Assembly (NCBI GenBank): GCA_035515235.1
Contig: DATJBS010000012.1
Location: forward strand, 25,336 to 89,335
DNA: 64,000 nucleotides
Source: Chitinophagales bacterium
Lineage (GTDB): Bacteria > Bacteroidota > Bacteroidia > Chitinophagales > JADIYW01
Reading direction: 5' to 3'
Shown here: positions 25,824-33,620 of the stretch, piece by piece
Layout: each line of letters opens with the position of its first letter
Numbering within the stretch: the stretch's first letter is position 1
Translations under genes and position numbers: made by a program
The notes under the pieces: model-generated
Seen by the model: the letters and a program-made list of their open reading frames with translations, nothing else
What the model was told of the DNA's origin: nothing
Databases searched by the model: none

Positions 25824-27990
25824 ATTGTTCTAATTCTTCTTTTTGCGCTTTAGGAAGTTCAATTCTAAAGCAAGTGTTATAACCATTTTCTGGGATAATA
25901 ATTTTTATAATACCTCCGTAATCTTCGATAATGTCTTTAATAATCTTCAAACCTAAACCAGTTCCTGTTAATTTTTCATCTGAGGGTGAATCAAATCCAG
26001 CAGGAGTTGATGTTGTGAAAAAAGCATTAAAGACCCGATTTTTATTTTCTTCAGGAATACCGTCTCCGTTATCGTGAATTTCTAAATATATTCTGTTGTT
26101 ATCTTCACCAGTTATTATTCTAATTTTTCCTGAATTTCCCGAACGTTTTATTGCTTTTTTTGAATTAGTATATAGGTTATACAAAATCGAACTCCACTCG
26201 GAAATATGCATTAGAGTGGTATAAAGATTGTAACCATAGGAGTCTAAAAGCAGTTCTGTATTTTGCCTTTCAAGGTCATCTTTAATATTTTTAATGAAAC
26301 GTTCAACAACATCAGTTATTAAAACAGGTTTAATTTCTCTGCTTGTGTTTTCAGATACTGTTGCATTAAAGTAAGACGTATAAGATGTGAAATTCGCAAA
26401 CGTCATTTTTAAATTATCAAGAAGTTCTATTGTTTTTAAATCATTTTCACTTGATTCATAAAGTTTAGCTATATAACCATTTATAGATGGTGTAAATTGA
26501 ATTATTTCGTGAGTAAACTCTCCAATAGTCAATCCTAATGAAGCTAGAATTCTAAGCATACTGAGCTCTTCAATGACCTCATAGTACTTTTCTTTTATAC
26601 TTTTAATGGCTTCCTTAGCAGTCTCATTTAAATCTTCTTTATCAACCTCTTCAAATTCCTCTTCAATTGTTTTTTTCTCTGGAATATCCTCTAAATTATC
26701 GTCCACATCCACCGGAGTTTGCTCTCCTTTTTTAAGTAAAGAAATTTTCTCAGATATTCTTCCCTTTGCTGCCTCAAATGCTTTCTGAAGAAAATCAGTA
26801 AGCTCGTAGAAGGCGTCATTTTCGATCAATCCCTCCCTACTTGCAGTCTCTTGAAACATTTCACCTTCTTTATCGATAATTTCGACAAAGCCAAATAAAT
26901 TTCTATTGCTTAGAGGAATATTTCCTTGACCAGATTGAAATGTATATCTTTTATCAAAATATAGCCAATCATTTTTTGGTTCCCCATAAGGCAGAACTCT
27001 AAAGCCGTTTCTGTAAAGTCTTATACCACTGCTTTCTTGAGAAAGTTTATAAATATTTTTTAACTCAAGTTGTGAAATATTAAGATAATATTCCTGTCGA
27101 TTATATATAAAATAGTAAGCTTTAAAGTGAATGTTTTTTAATTTATCAAATCTGCTAGAATTATCTGATTTATGAATCTGTATAGCATAATCGTCTAAAT
27201 TTAATTTTTCACTTTTAACCCCAAAAAATCCGTCTCCCAATGCATCTACAAAGCCTTCAATAACTGCTACATTCTTATTAAATAACATTTTCTCAGGACT
27301 TGCTATTTCATAAGTTACACCATCAATTATATTAGAAAACTTTACTTTGAAGGACTCATCATTCTGTTTTGCAAGGTTTAATGATTGACTACTTTCAGAA
27401 AGATAATCAGGTTGAAACAGATCCGAAACATATCTGTAAATTCTTTTTATTGAAGCTTCAGTCCAACCTTCTCTTAGGTCTTTAATGATTAAAGTTGTAC
27501 CTTCTAGCTTTTCCTTTGGTATATAGTCAATTTGGTTATTGATTGCAGAAATATCCTGATCGACTGTATAATTATTCCAGTCAATAGTAAGTTTTATTGC
27601 TTGTTCCGATTCTAGCGTTTGAGTTATAATAATTAATTTCTTTCCAAGTCTTTGTGTGGCAAATCTTCCAATTCCTTTTTTTCCCGCTCGACTTCGTTTA
27701 TATCGAGAAGATAATGGATTATGCACTTTATCTGTTGATGAGATAGTCATAAATCCCAACCTGAGTTGTTCTAATGTCATTCCAAGTCCATCATCAATTA
27801 TCTCTAACGTTCCACCACTCCATAAAGAATCCATAAAATTTACCTCAACATTTTTTGCATCCGCATCATATGCATTTTTGACTAATTCTGAAACCGCTGT
27901 TTCTGCCCTACCGACTAGCTCTTTTCCTAATCTATCAATCAAACCTGCATCTACCGAAAATGCAATACTATTTGGTGATTTTTCTTCCAT
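25813..27990 (-). CDS. Soluble double-GHKL protein: N-terminal MORC/Hsp90-like ATPase plus C-terminal histidine-kinase core
   Basis: First GHKL: ELVKNAYDADA, IIDDGLGM, GKKGIGRF. A putative H-box GEFTHEIIQF sits after an acidic coiled linker. Second GHKL: NLYTNSKKAI, IHDNGDGI, FNAFFTT, GTGLGLKI. No TM segments. ATG at 27990 (MEEKSPNS) is preferred. The track start at 28041 would overlap the upstream gene by 41 nt. Confidence 0.7.
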   Translation of the reverse strand: MEEKSPNSIAFSVDAGLIDRLGKELVGRAETAVSELVKNAYDADAKNVEVNFMDSLWSGGTLEIIDDGLGMTLEQLRLGFMTISSTDKVHNPLSSRYKRSRAGKKGIGRFATQRLGKKLIIITQTLESEQAIKLTIDWNNYTVDQDISAINNQIDYIPKEKLEGTTLIIKDLREGWTEASIKRIYRYVSDLFQPDYLSESSQSLNLAKQNDESFKVKFSNIIDGVTYEIASPEKMLFNKNVAVIEGFVDALGDGFFGVKSEKLNLDDYAIQIHKSDNSSRFDKLKNIHFKAYYFIYNRQEYYLNISQLELKNIYKLSQESSGIRLYRNGFRVLPYGEPKNDWLYFDKRYTFQSGQGNIPLSNRNLFGFVEIIDKEGEMFQETASREGLIENDAFYELTDFLQKAFEAAKGRISEKISLLKKGEQTPVDVDDNLEDIPEKKTIEEEFEEVDKEDLNETAKEAIKSIKEKYYEVIEELSMLRILASLGLTIGEFTHEIIQFTPSINGYIAKLYESSENDLKTIELLDNLKMTFANFTSYTSYFNATVSENTSREIKPVLITDVVERFIKNIKDDLERQNTELLLDSYGYNLYTTLMHISEWSSILYNLYTNSKKAIKRSGNSGKIRIITGEDNNRIYLEIHDNGDGIPEENKNRVFNAFFTTSTPAGFDSPSDEKLTGTGLGLKIIKDIIEDYGGIIKIIIPENGYNTCFRIELPKAQKEELEQYDL

Positions 27991-28000
27991 ATTAGTAGTT

Positions 28001-29104
28001 TTATATAAAACAAGACGCACAACCTTCACCCTCTGCATCATCTAAGATGTCCACTAGGTAAGGTGATTTTGCTTTTGATTTTCTTTCCATTCTTTTAATG
28101 TACTCTTCCTTTATGGCAGCTATTCTTGTGGGCTGAATTAATTCTTCCAAACTTTCAAATTGACCCCAAGTGTAGCCGTCTTTCTCGTATTCCATTGCTT
28201 TTTTATACAACTCAGGGTGTTGTTCGTATAACCAAACCCATTCAATTTTTTGCTGGAAAAAGCAAAAGAAACAGCCAGAACGACTTCTTGCGTATTCTCC
28301 TTTTTTTCCGTTAATCTCAAATTCAATTTTGTTGTAGTAGGCAGGAACCCCCACACCGCTTTCTTCGAGTATTCTGAAAATATCTTCTCGAACCAATACT
28401 TCATCATTATCTAATAATGGGAAGGAAGCTTCAGTTGCTAAAGGATAATCAGTCGTTTTCAAAAAGTCAAAAACCAAATGATTAAATGCTTTCACATTGG
28501 CATCTAATAAAATATTGAGCTTTTGGTCTATTGTGAAACTTGAATCCACTTTTCGAGAAATAGTTTGAAACGCTTTTTCTTGATTTTTGCCAAAGTCTAT
28601 ATTCTTGGACATTGTTAAAAGTTGCTCCATATTTTGGTTGGCTAGCAATTTTGTGACAACATCTTGACTCCAAATATTCTTACGAAATGGGAATATGGAT
28701 TGAATATTTTTTTTGGTTGAAATATAGCCTTCTCTTTCTTCATCACCTCTGATACCTACATAAGAAACTACTGGATCAGTGCCGACATACTTTTCAAAAG
28801 GATCAAGTTTCAGTTTCTTAGTACACCAGCGTGCATTAGGTGAAGGTAAAAAACCTCCAAGCATTTTCACAAAGTGATCGAATGGGTCTTCCGAACTGTT
28901 TTCAGCACCTTTTAACAATTGTATCTTTATTCCAAGATGTGTTTGTAAATTTTCAATTAATTGATAGGTTTCGTCAAGTTCCTTACCTGTATCGCAGGTA
29001 TAGAATTCTAAATCAATAGACGGATATTTCGTTTTGACATAAATAGCCAAAGCAGCACTGTCTTTCCCTCCTGATATACCTAATACGTGTCTTACTTTGC
29101 TCAT
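28001..29104 (-). CDS. sspD: PP-loop ATP pyrophosphatase / PAPS-reductase family protein, SspD-like
   Basis: 367 aa. PP-loop GISGGKDSAALAIY and Cys pairs SGCFFCFF and GCASCFI. ATGA overlap with the upstream ATPase gene. Confidence 0.7.
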   Translation of the reverse strand: MSKVRHVLGISGGKDSAALAIYVKTKYPSIDLEFYTCDTGKELDETYQLIENLQTHLGIKIQLLKGAENSSEDPFDHFVKMLGGFLPSPNARWCTKKLKLDPFEKYVGTDPVVSYVGIRGDEEREGYISTKKNIQSIFPFRKNIWSQDVVTKLLANQNMEQLLTMSKNIDFGKNQEKAFQTISRKVDSSFTIDQKLNILLDANVKAFNHLVFDFLKTTDYPLATEASFPLLDNDEVLVREDIFRILEESGVGVPAYYNKIEFEINGKKGEYARSRSGCFFCFFQQKIEWVWLYEQHPELYKKAMEYEKDGYTWGQFESLEELIQPTRIAAIKEEYIKRMERKSKAKSPYLVDILDDAEGEGCASCFI

Positions 29105-32100
29105 TGTAATAATTCTTTAAGTAGGTTCAAGACAGCCGCAATATTTGAAGTATTGTCTTTGCCCAGTTTGTTTTTCAATTCGTTCTTCAATTCCTCAATC
29201 TCTTTGCTTTTGTTTTTTGGAACCCTTACCACTTTCGGGTCAATTTTGCTAAAGAACGAATCAATTTTAACTCCTATCACTTCTTCTTTGCTTTCGTCAA
29301 TATCCGACTTTGAGATTTTCGTCAAACTATCCAATTCCAAAATCATTGCTTTAAATTTTTCGTAAAGCAAAATTTCATCTTCGTCTGTAAAGGCTTCCAA
29401 TGTTTTACCTGTTACTGCTTGTGCTATAGAGTTCAGCCAAGCTTTTCGGTCGTCTAAAGGCGAATCCAATCTTTGTACAAATGTCTTTTGATTACTCAAA
29501 AGCATATGCTTTTTCAATTTTGTGAATCGCTTTTGTAAATACGCTTTGTATTCTTCAAAGTCGGAAGTTTGCCCAACAAATTCACTACAAATGAAATCCT
29601 CAAAACGCTTTACCAATTCATCATAAGCAGTTCGTAGTTCTCTTACGGAATCTTGTAAACTGGTTGTAAAGCTTTGAAGTTTAGATTTATCTTGTTGTAA
29701 AGTGGAAAGCGTTAAACCCAAAGCAGTTGGGAAAGCATCAAAAAATGTTTCTTCGGGGTCTTTACTTGTTGCAATAGCTTTTCTAATCTTGATAGCTGAT
29801 GGTGAAAGCCTTTTTGTGTTCTTACTGTATTCTGGTAACTGTTTGTAGAAAACAATAAATGGTTTTATAGTTTCAATAAAAGAGTTGTTATCGAATTTTT
29901 GTTCGGTTGCAATGTTTAAGAATGTTCGATAACTATTGAAAATATCAAGCTTTACACCTTCAATATCAAATGTTTTTATAGAATACTTTTCAGGATATTT
30001 GGCTATTAATTCCAAGTTCTCTTCTGACAAGTTAGGGATGTAACTTTCGTCATTGAAAATGGCGAAATCATCTCGTTTCAAAAACAAGAATGTAGGAACC
30101 CAAAAGTCAATCAACCCTTGTTTTAGTTTGAAAGGTCTTTTGCTCAGTAATTCACTTAATTCTGAGATTTTGAGTTGTTCAGATTTGGCACTTTCTAAAA
30201 AGTCTTCTGAAGCACTCCAAAGTTTGTAGAATGTAGAAGTTCTATCTATAGAAATTACATCTGTTGCATTTTCTCTAATTGGCGAAATGCCGCTTTCTTT
30301 TAAAAGGGATAAATAAATGGTTTTTTCGGGCGGAAATTTAGAATCATCAAAGCCTATATTTTCCTGGTCCCAATGGTTAGCTAAGGCTGAAAAATATCGT
30401 TTCTTAGCTGTATGAATAGATGAAGAAATCTTATGTTTATTTACTAATTCGTTTTTAAAAACAGGGGTAGCATCATACACAATATTACAAACTTGAGAAA
30501 GTAGTTTATTGAAGTCCTTTTTATCAGCAATTTTCTTTTCCTCTCCATTAAAGTACCACTTTACATTTTCATTTTCAGTGAAAAGTCCTTTATTTGAAAT
30601 ATGATGATTAAGAATATTTTTTTGTGAATTCACAATGCTTTCTAACTCTCTTTTTGCTACTTTATCATCTTTGTTTTCTTCCAAAACTTTTTCAGATTTT
30701 TCAATCTCAAAAAGTAGATTTTTTATCTCATCTGTGTTTTTGAAGTAACAGTATATTACAGCTTCTTCTTGTTGCTTTGATTTGTTTTTAATGTCATTTT
30801 CTTTCAACTTACTATTAAAAACAAGATTTACAATCCCATCAATTTCACCTGTTGGGAAATAATTATCAGGATAATCCGAAATTCGAAATTCGAAATATCT
30901 TGGTGTACCTGTAGAGAAAGAATATTGTTTAGCAAAAACTGGATTGAATTGAATATGTTTATTCAGAAGTGTAGTAATATCAACCACTTCCGAAATTTTA
31001 TTGCCCGCTTCAATCAATGCGGTTTGAATGTCTAAATCTGTACCTTCAAATAGAATGAATCGTTTTGAATGGGTACGGTAGCGGATAATATTCTTTGTTT
31101 CAAGATTCTTAATGACTTCTTTGGCATCCGATACACCACAGGCAGTTTTTAAATAATCAATAAAGAAATTCAGATCCAAGATTGAACCACTTGCAGAGAA
31201 AATATTCAAAAGTCCAATCGTTTTTACTGCTTTGATATAATCATTGATATTTGAATCAAATGCTCTTTCCACTTCTTCAATAGATGAACGAATGGAACTC
31301 CAAGCAGAAAAATCGGGATTGTATTTTGATGTTAAAAACGAATAGAAATTAAAATTTAGGTAATCGTAAACATTTGACAGATTGTAGAACGGATTTTCCT
31401 TTTTGTTGAATTTTGCCAATCCTGTATGATCTGACGATTCAAGAAATGAAAACAATGAACGTTCATTTTGACCGTATCTCTGCAATGAAAGTGTGAGTAT
31501 ATTTGCTGAAAGAATATCAAGTGGATATAGCTTTGAAGCAATTTCTTTTAAGTAATCTTTATTAAAGTTAAATGCCTTTGTTTCGGTAGTTAGCTTTAAG
31601 CATTTATCAATTTCTGATTTTGAAGTTTTGGATTCAAAATGCTCAGCAACATATTCCGAAGCTAAAAATAAAAGTTGTTCAACAGGCTCGTTAAAAGTAA
31701 TTTCACGGAAGCGACCTTTTACTTTTGTCCATTCTTGTTGTTGGTTTTTGCTTAGTGAATAAGCATAAGATTCCAAACTTTGGTGAACTGTGGTAATTAA
31801 AACAATATTGTGCTTTGGATTATTACAAAATTCTGCAAGTTGCTGAACAAAGTATAATTCTTTTTCAGGATTGTGTTTACTCGCATACTCTAAAAATTTA
31901 CCAAACTCATCTATGAGAATAAATAAAACCTTGTTTTCTTTTCCAATGGAATGGTAGCGGTTAAATATTTCTGAAAGAATATTTTCTTGTAGATTCTTCA
32001 CCGAATGCACTTCAAAGGTATCTGCAAATTGTTCTACAATTGAAGCGTAAGAACCAATTAATTTTACAAAATCAAACTTTGGCTTATCAAGGAAATTAGG

Positions 32101-32322
32101 TTCAAAGTAACGTTTCGTTCCTATAATACTCTGCTCAAATGCCAAAAGAAAAGAAGATTTACCTGTTCCATAAGTACCAACTACATTAAAAGAACGTATC
32201 CCTTTTTTAAAGTCGTTAACTATTTGGCTAACAACTTGACTCGCATTGGGAGTTGGGATGTAGTTGAAATCCCTATCAGTGTCCCTTATAATATTTACCG
32301 ATGTTGTGAAATTATTTGCCAT
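29101..32322 (-). CDS. sspC: Large P-loop NTPase, SspC-like by position
   Basis: 1073 aa. Walker A GTYGTGKSS and Walker B LFILIDEFGK. Sits between the DUF4007-like and PP-loop genes with 11-nt and 4-nt overlaps. Confidence 0.6.
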   Translation of the reverse strand: MANNFTTSVNIIRDTDRDFNYIPTPNASQVVSQIVNDFKKGIRSFNVVGTYGTGKSSFLLAFEQSIIGTKRYFEPNFLDKPKFDFVKLIGSYASIVEQFADTFEVHSVKNLQENILSEIFNRYHSIGKENKVLFILIDEFGKFLEYASKHNPEKELYFVQQLAEFCNNPKHNIVLITTVHQSLESYAYSLSKNQQQEWTKVKGRFREITFNEPVEQLLFLASEYVAEHFESKTSKSEIDKCLKLTTETKAFNFNKDYLKEIASKLYPLDILSANILTLSLQRYGQNERSLFSFLESSDHTGLAKFNKKENPFYNLSNVYDYLNFNFYSFLTSKYNPDFSAWSSIRSSIEEVERAFDSNINDYIKAVKTIGLLNIFSASGSILDLNFFIDYLKTACGVSDAKEVIKNLETKNIIRYRTHSKRFILFEGTDLDIQTALIEAGNKISEVVDITTLLNKHIQFNPVFAKQYSFSTGTPRYFEFRISDYPDNYFPTGEIDGIVNLVFNSKLKENDIKNKSKQQEEAVIYCYFKNTDEIKNLLFEIEKSEKVLEENKDDKVAKRELESIVNSQKNILNHHISNKGLFTENENVKWYFNGEEKKIADKKDFNKLLSQVCNIVYDATPVFKNELVNKHKISSSIHTAKKRYFSALANHWDQENIGFDDSKFPPEKTIYLSLLKESGISPIRENATDVISIDRTSTFYKLWSASEDFLESAKSEQLKISELSELLSKRPFKLKQGLIDFWVPTFLFLKRDDFAIFNDESYIPNLSEENLELIAKYPEKYSIKTFDIEGVKLDIFNSYRTFLNIATEQKFDNNSFIETIKPFIVFYKQLPEYSKNTKRLSPSAIKIRKAIATSKDPEETFFDAFPTALGLTLSTLQQDKSKLQSFTTSLQDSVRELRTAYDELVKRFEDFICSEFVGQTSDFEEYKAYLQKRFTKLKKHMLLSNQKTFVQRLDSPLDDRKAWLNSIAQAVTGKTLEAFTDEDEILLYEKFKAMILELDSLTKISKSDIDESKEEVIGVKIDSFFSKIDPKVVRVPKNKSKEIEELKNELKNKLGKDNTSNIAAVLNLLKELLQ

Positions 32323-33196
32323 AATATGTATCTAAAATTGTGAAAGCATCTGATTTTTTCTTGAATTGCAACTCTTTAATCCCTGCTTGGTCAGTAAAAG
32401 TGATATCTTTAAACTCACTAACTATTTCAGAAATTTTATTCATCAAACCTGAGCGATTTAAAGCGAAAATTGAACCCGGACTATTCAAGTCAAACTCCAA
32501 GGAATTCAGGCTTATAGAATTTCCGTAGTTTGAATTATCAAGTATTGTGAATAATACAACCGCTTCTGGGAGATTATCTCTTTCAGTATTTTCAATGTAA
32601 AATTGTTCTTCTTTGCCTTTCCCTGTTGTTTTTAAAAGCTCAATTTCAGACAGAATTCCCGAGAAACTATCTTCAACATTTTTACTTTCGTTGTCGTTTT
32701 TATACAGATTGGTAAAAACGATAAAATCTTTACCTACGGTATTTTCATTAAAGTTTAAATCGGAACTGTTGTCGCCTATTCGCTTGACGTAGTTCACAAA
32801 AGTTTCTTTGTTAAAAAACAATTTCTCTTTTCTAAATTCATTTAAAATAATGGAATAGATGGAGGCAAATCCGCTTTTTACCAACTGATAATGTAAAAGC
32901 CAAAGGCTTGCTTCATCTTCCAAAAAAGGGTCGTATCCATTTTCATCATCAAATAATCGTTTGCCAAATTCAGTTGGATTGTCTTTATTGTCAATAATAT
33001 TGAAAGCTTTCAGCCAAAAACGAATGGATGAAACCATATTCTTACCAACGCCAAGTTGTACAACGGCATCTTCGTCATTAAAATTCTTGCCTTCTTGAAC
33101 ATAATCGTACCCCTTTTTCAGCCAAAGTTGTCGGCACTGAAAGGAGTCGTGTCCAGAGAAAGTATATTTTATTATTTCAGTATTTTCCAATATCAT
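32312..33196 (-). CDS. sspB: DUF4007-like protein (SspB nickase family), first gene of the operon
   Basis: 294 aa. FSGHDSFQCRQLWLKKGYDYV and LGVGKNMVSSIRFWLKAF resemble the conserved N-terminal blocks I associate with DUF4007. Recognised from memory, not from a search. Confidence 0.6.
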   Translation of the reverse strand: MILENTEIIKYTFSGHDSFQCRQLWLKKGYDYVQEGKNFNDEDAVVQLGVGKNMVSSIRFWLKAFNIIDNKDNPTEFGKRLFDDENGYDPFLEDEASLWLLHYQLVKSGFASIYSIILNEFRKEKLFFNKETFVNYVKRIGDNSSDLNFNENTVGKDFIVFTNLYKNDNESKNVEDSFSGILSEIELLKTTGKGKEEQFYIENTERDNLPEAVVLFTILDNSNYGNSISLNSLEFDLNSPGSIFALNRSGLMNKISEIVSEFKDITFTDQAGIKELQFKKKSDAFTILDTYYGK

Positions 33197-33350
33197 CTTT
33201 TCTTATGAAATCAATTTTTATAAGCTACAAAGTAACCAAATTATTCATTTTAATTGAGGAAAAACTACATTAGTAATTATCCTATTTTTCAAAGAAGTTA
33301 TATTGCACTTTATATAATGACTGTAAGTGTTTGGACTTGATGGTTGAGAT

Positions 33351-33371
33351 TCAAAGTCAATTTGACTTTGA
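33351..33371. promoter_or_regulatory. Perfect 10-1-10 palindrome tcaaagtcaaTttgactttga at the right island boundary
   Basis: Read directly. Lies 7 bp inside the island from the repeat edge (33379) and about 155 bp upstream of the operon's first ATG. Confidence 0.4.
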
Positions 33372-33378
33372 AATATTT

Positions 33379-33620
33379 CAAATTAAAAATGCCCGTCATT
33401 GACGAGCATTCATAAAAACTTGAAGGATAAAAAATCTATTTTTCTAAATTATCGATATCCATTTCTATTACGGGATATCCTAATTTTTTCAAAGGCTCAT
33501 GAACTGTTGCTTTATCTCCGACCACTATAATGTACATCTGAGAAGGATGGATATAAGTCTTCGTAATTTGATCTACATCACTTTTAGTCAGTTTATTTAA
33601 AATGCTTAACTGTTGATTGA
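33379..33620. repeat. Right 242-bp direct repeat (functional 3' end plus terminator of the M16 peptidase gene)
   Basis: Partner of 17345..17586. Confidence 0.9.
33385..33410 (-). terminator. Rho-independent terminator of the M16 peptidase gene
   Basis: Minus strand aatgctcgtcaatgacgggcattttt, 26 nt downstream of the stop codon. Confidence 0.65.

Larger units (their letters stand above)
17587..33378 (-). other. 15.8-kb genomic (defence) island between the direct repeats; one 11-gene operon, no recombinase seen
   Basis: All large ORFs are on the minus strand. Gene junctions are overlaps of 4-11 nt or gaps of 1-10 nt. The island is bounded by the 242-bp repeats. Confidence 0.8.

Noticed and set aside
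23935-27990. Calling the triad a bona fide Detocs system.
   Set aside because: Only the HK-to-REC logic is shared. The kinase has a second GHKL domain rather than a TPR-type sensor. There is no REC-only buffer protein and no PNP-like effector domain that I can recognise. I report it as Detocs-like in logic only.
28001-32322. Type 4 BREX interpretation (PAPS-reductase-like protein plus large BrxC-like ATPase).
   Set aside because: I can recognise no BrxA, BrxB or Lon-like BrxL equivalents. The operon instead starts with a DUF4007-like gene and includes a cysteine desulfurase, which fits Ssp-type phosphorothioation better. This still needs an HMM check.
33197-33350. A clear TAnnTTTG promoter for the island operon.
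   Set aside because: Only imperfect matches occur on the minus strand (for example TAATTTGG-like around 33240). I therefore make no promoter call, and the transcription start remains unknown.
17587-33378. Integrase, transposase, relaxase or phage genes that would make the island an ICE, prophage or transposon.
   Set aside because: I went through all ORFs of at least 60 aa on both strands and found none with tyrosine or serine recombinase, DDE, HUH or capsid-like motifs. The element is therefore called an island, not a mobile element.
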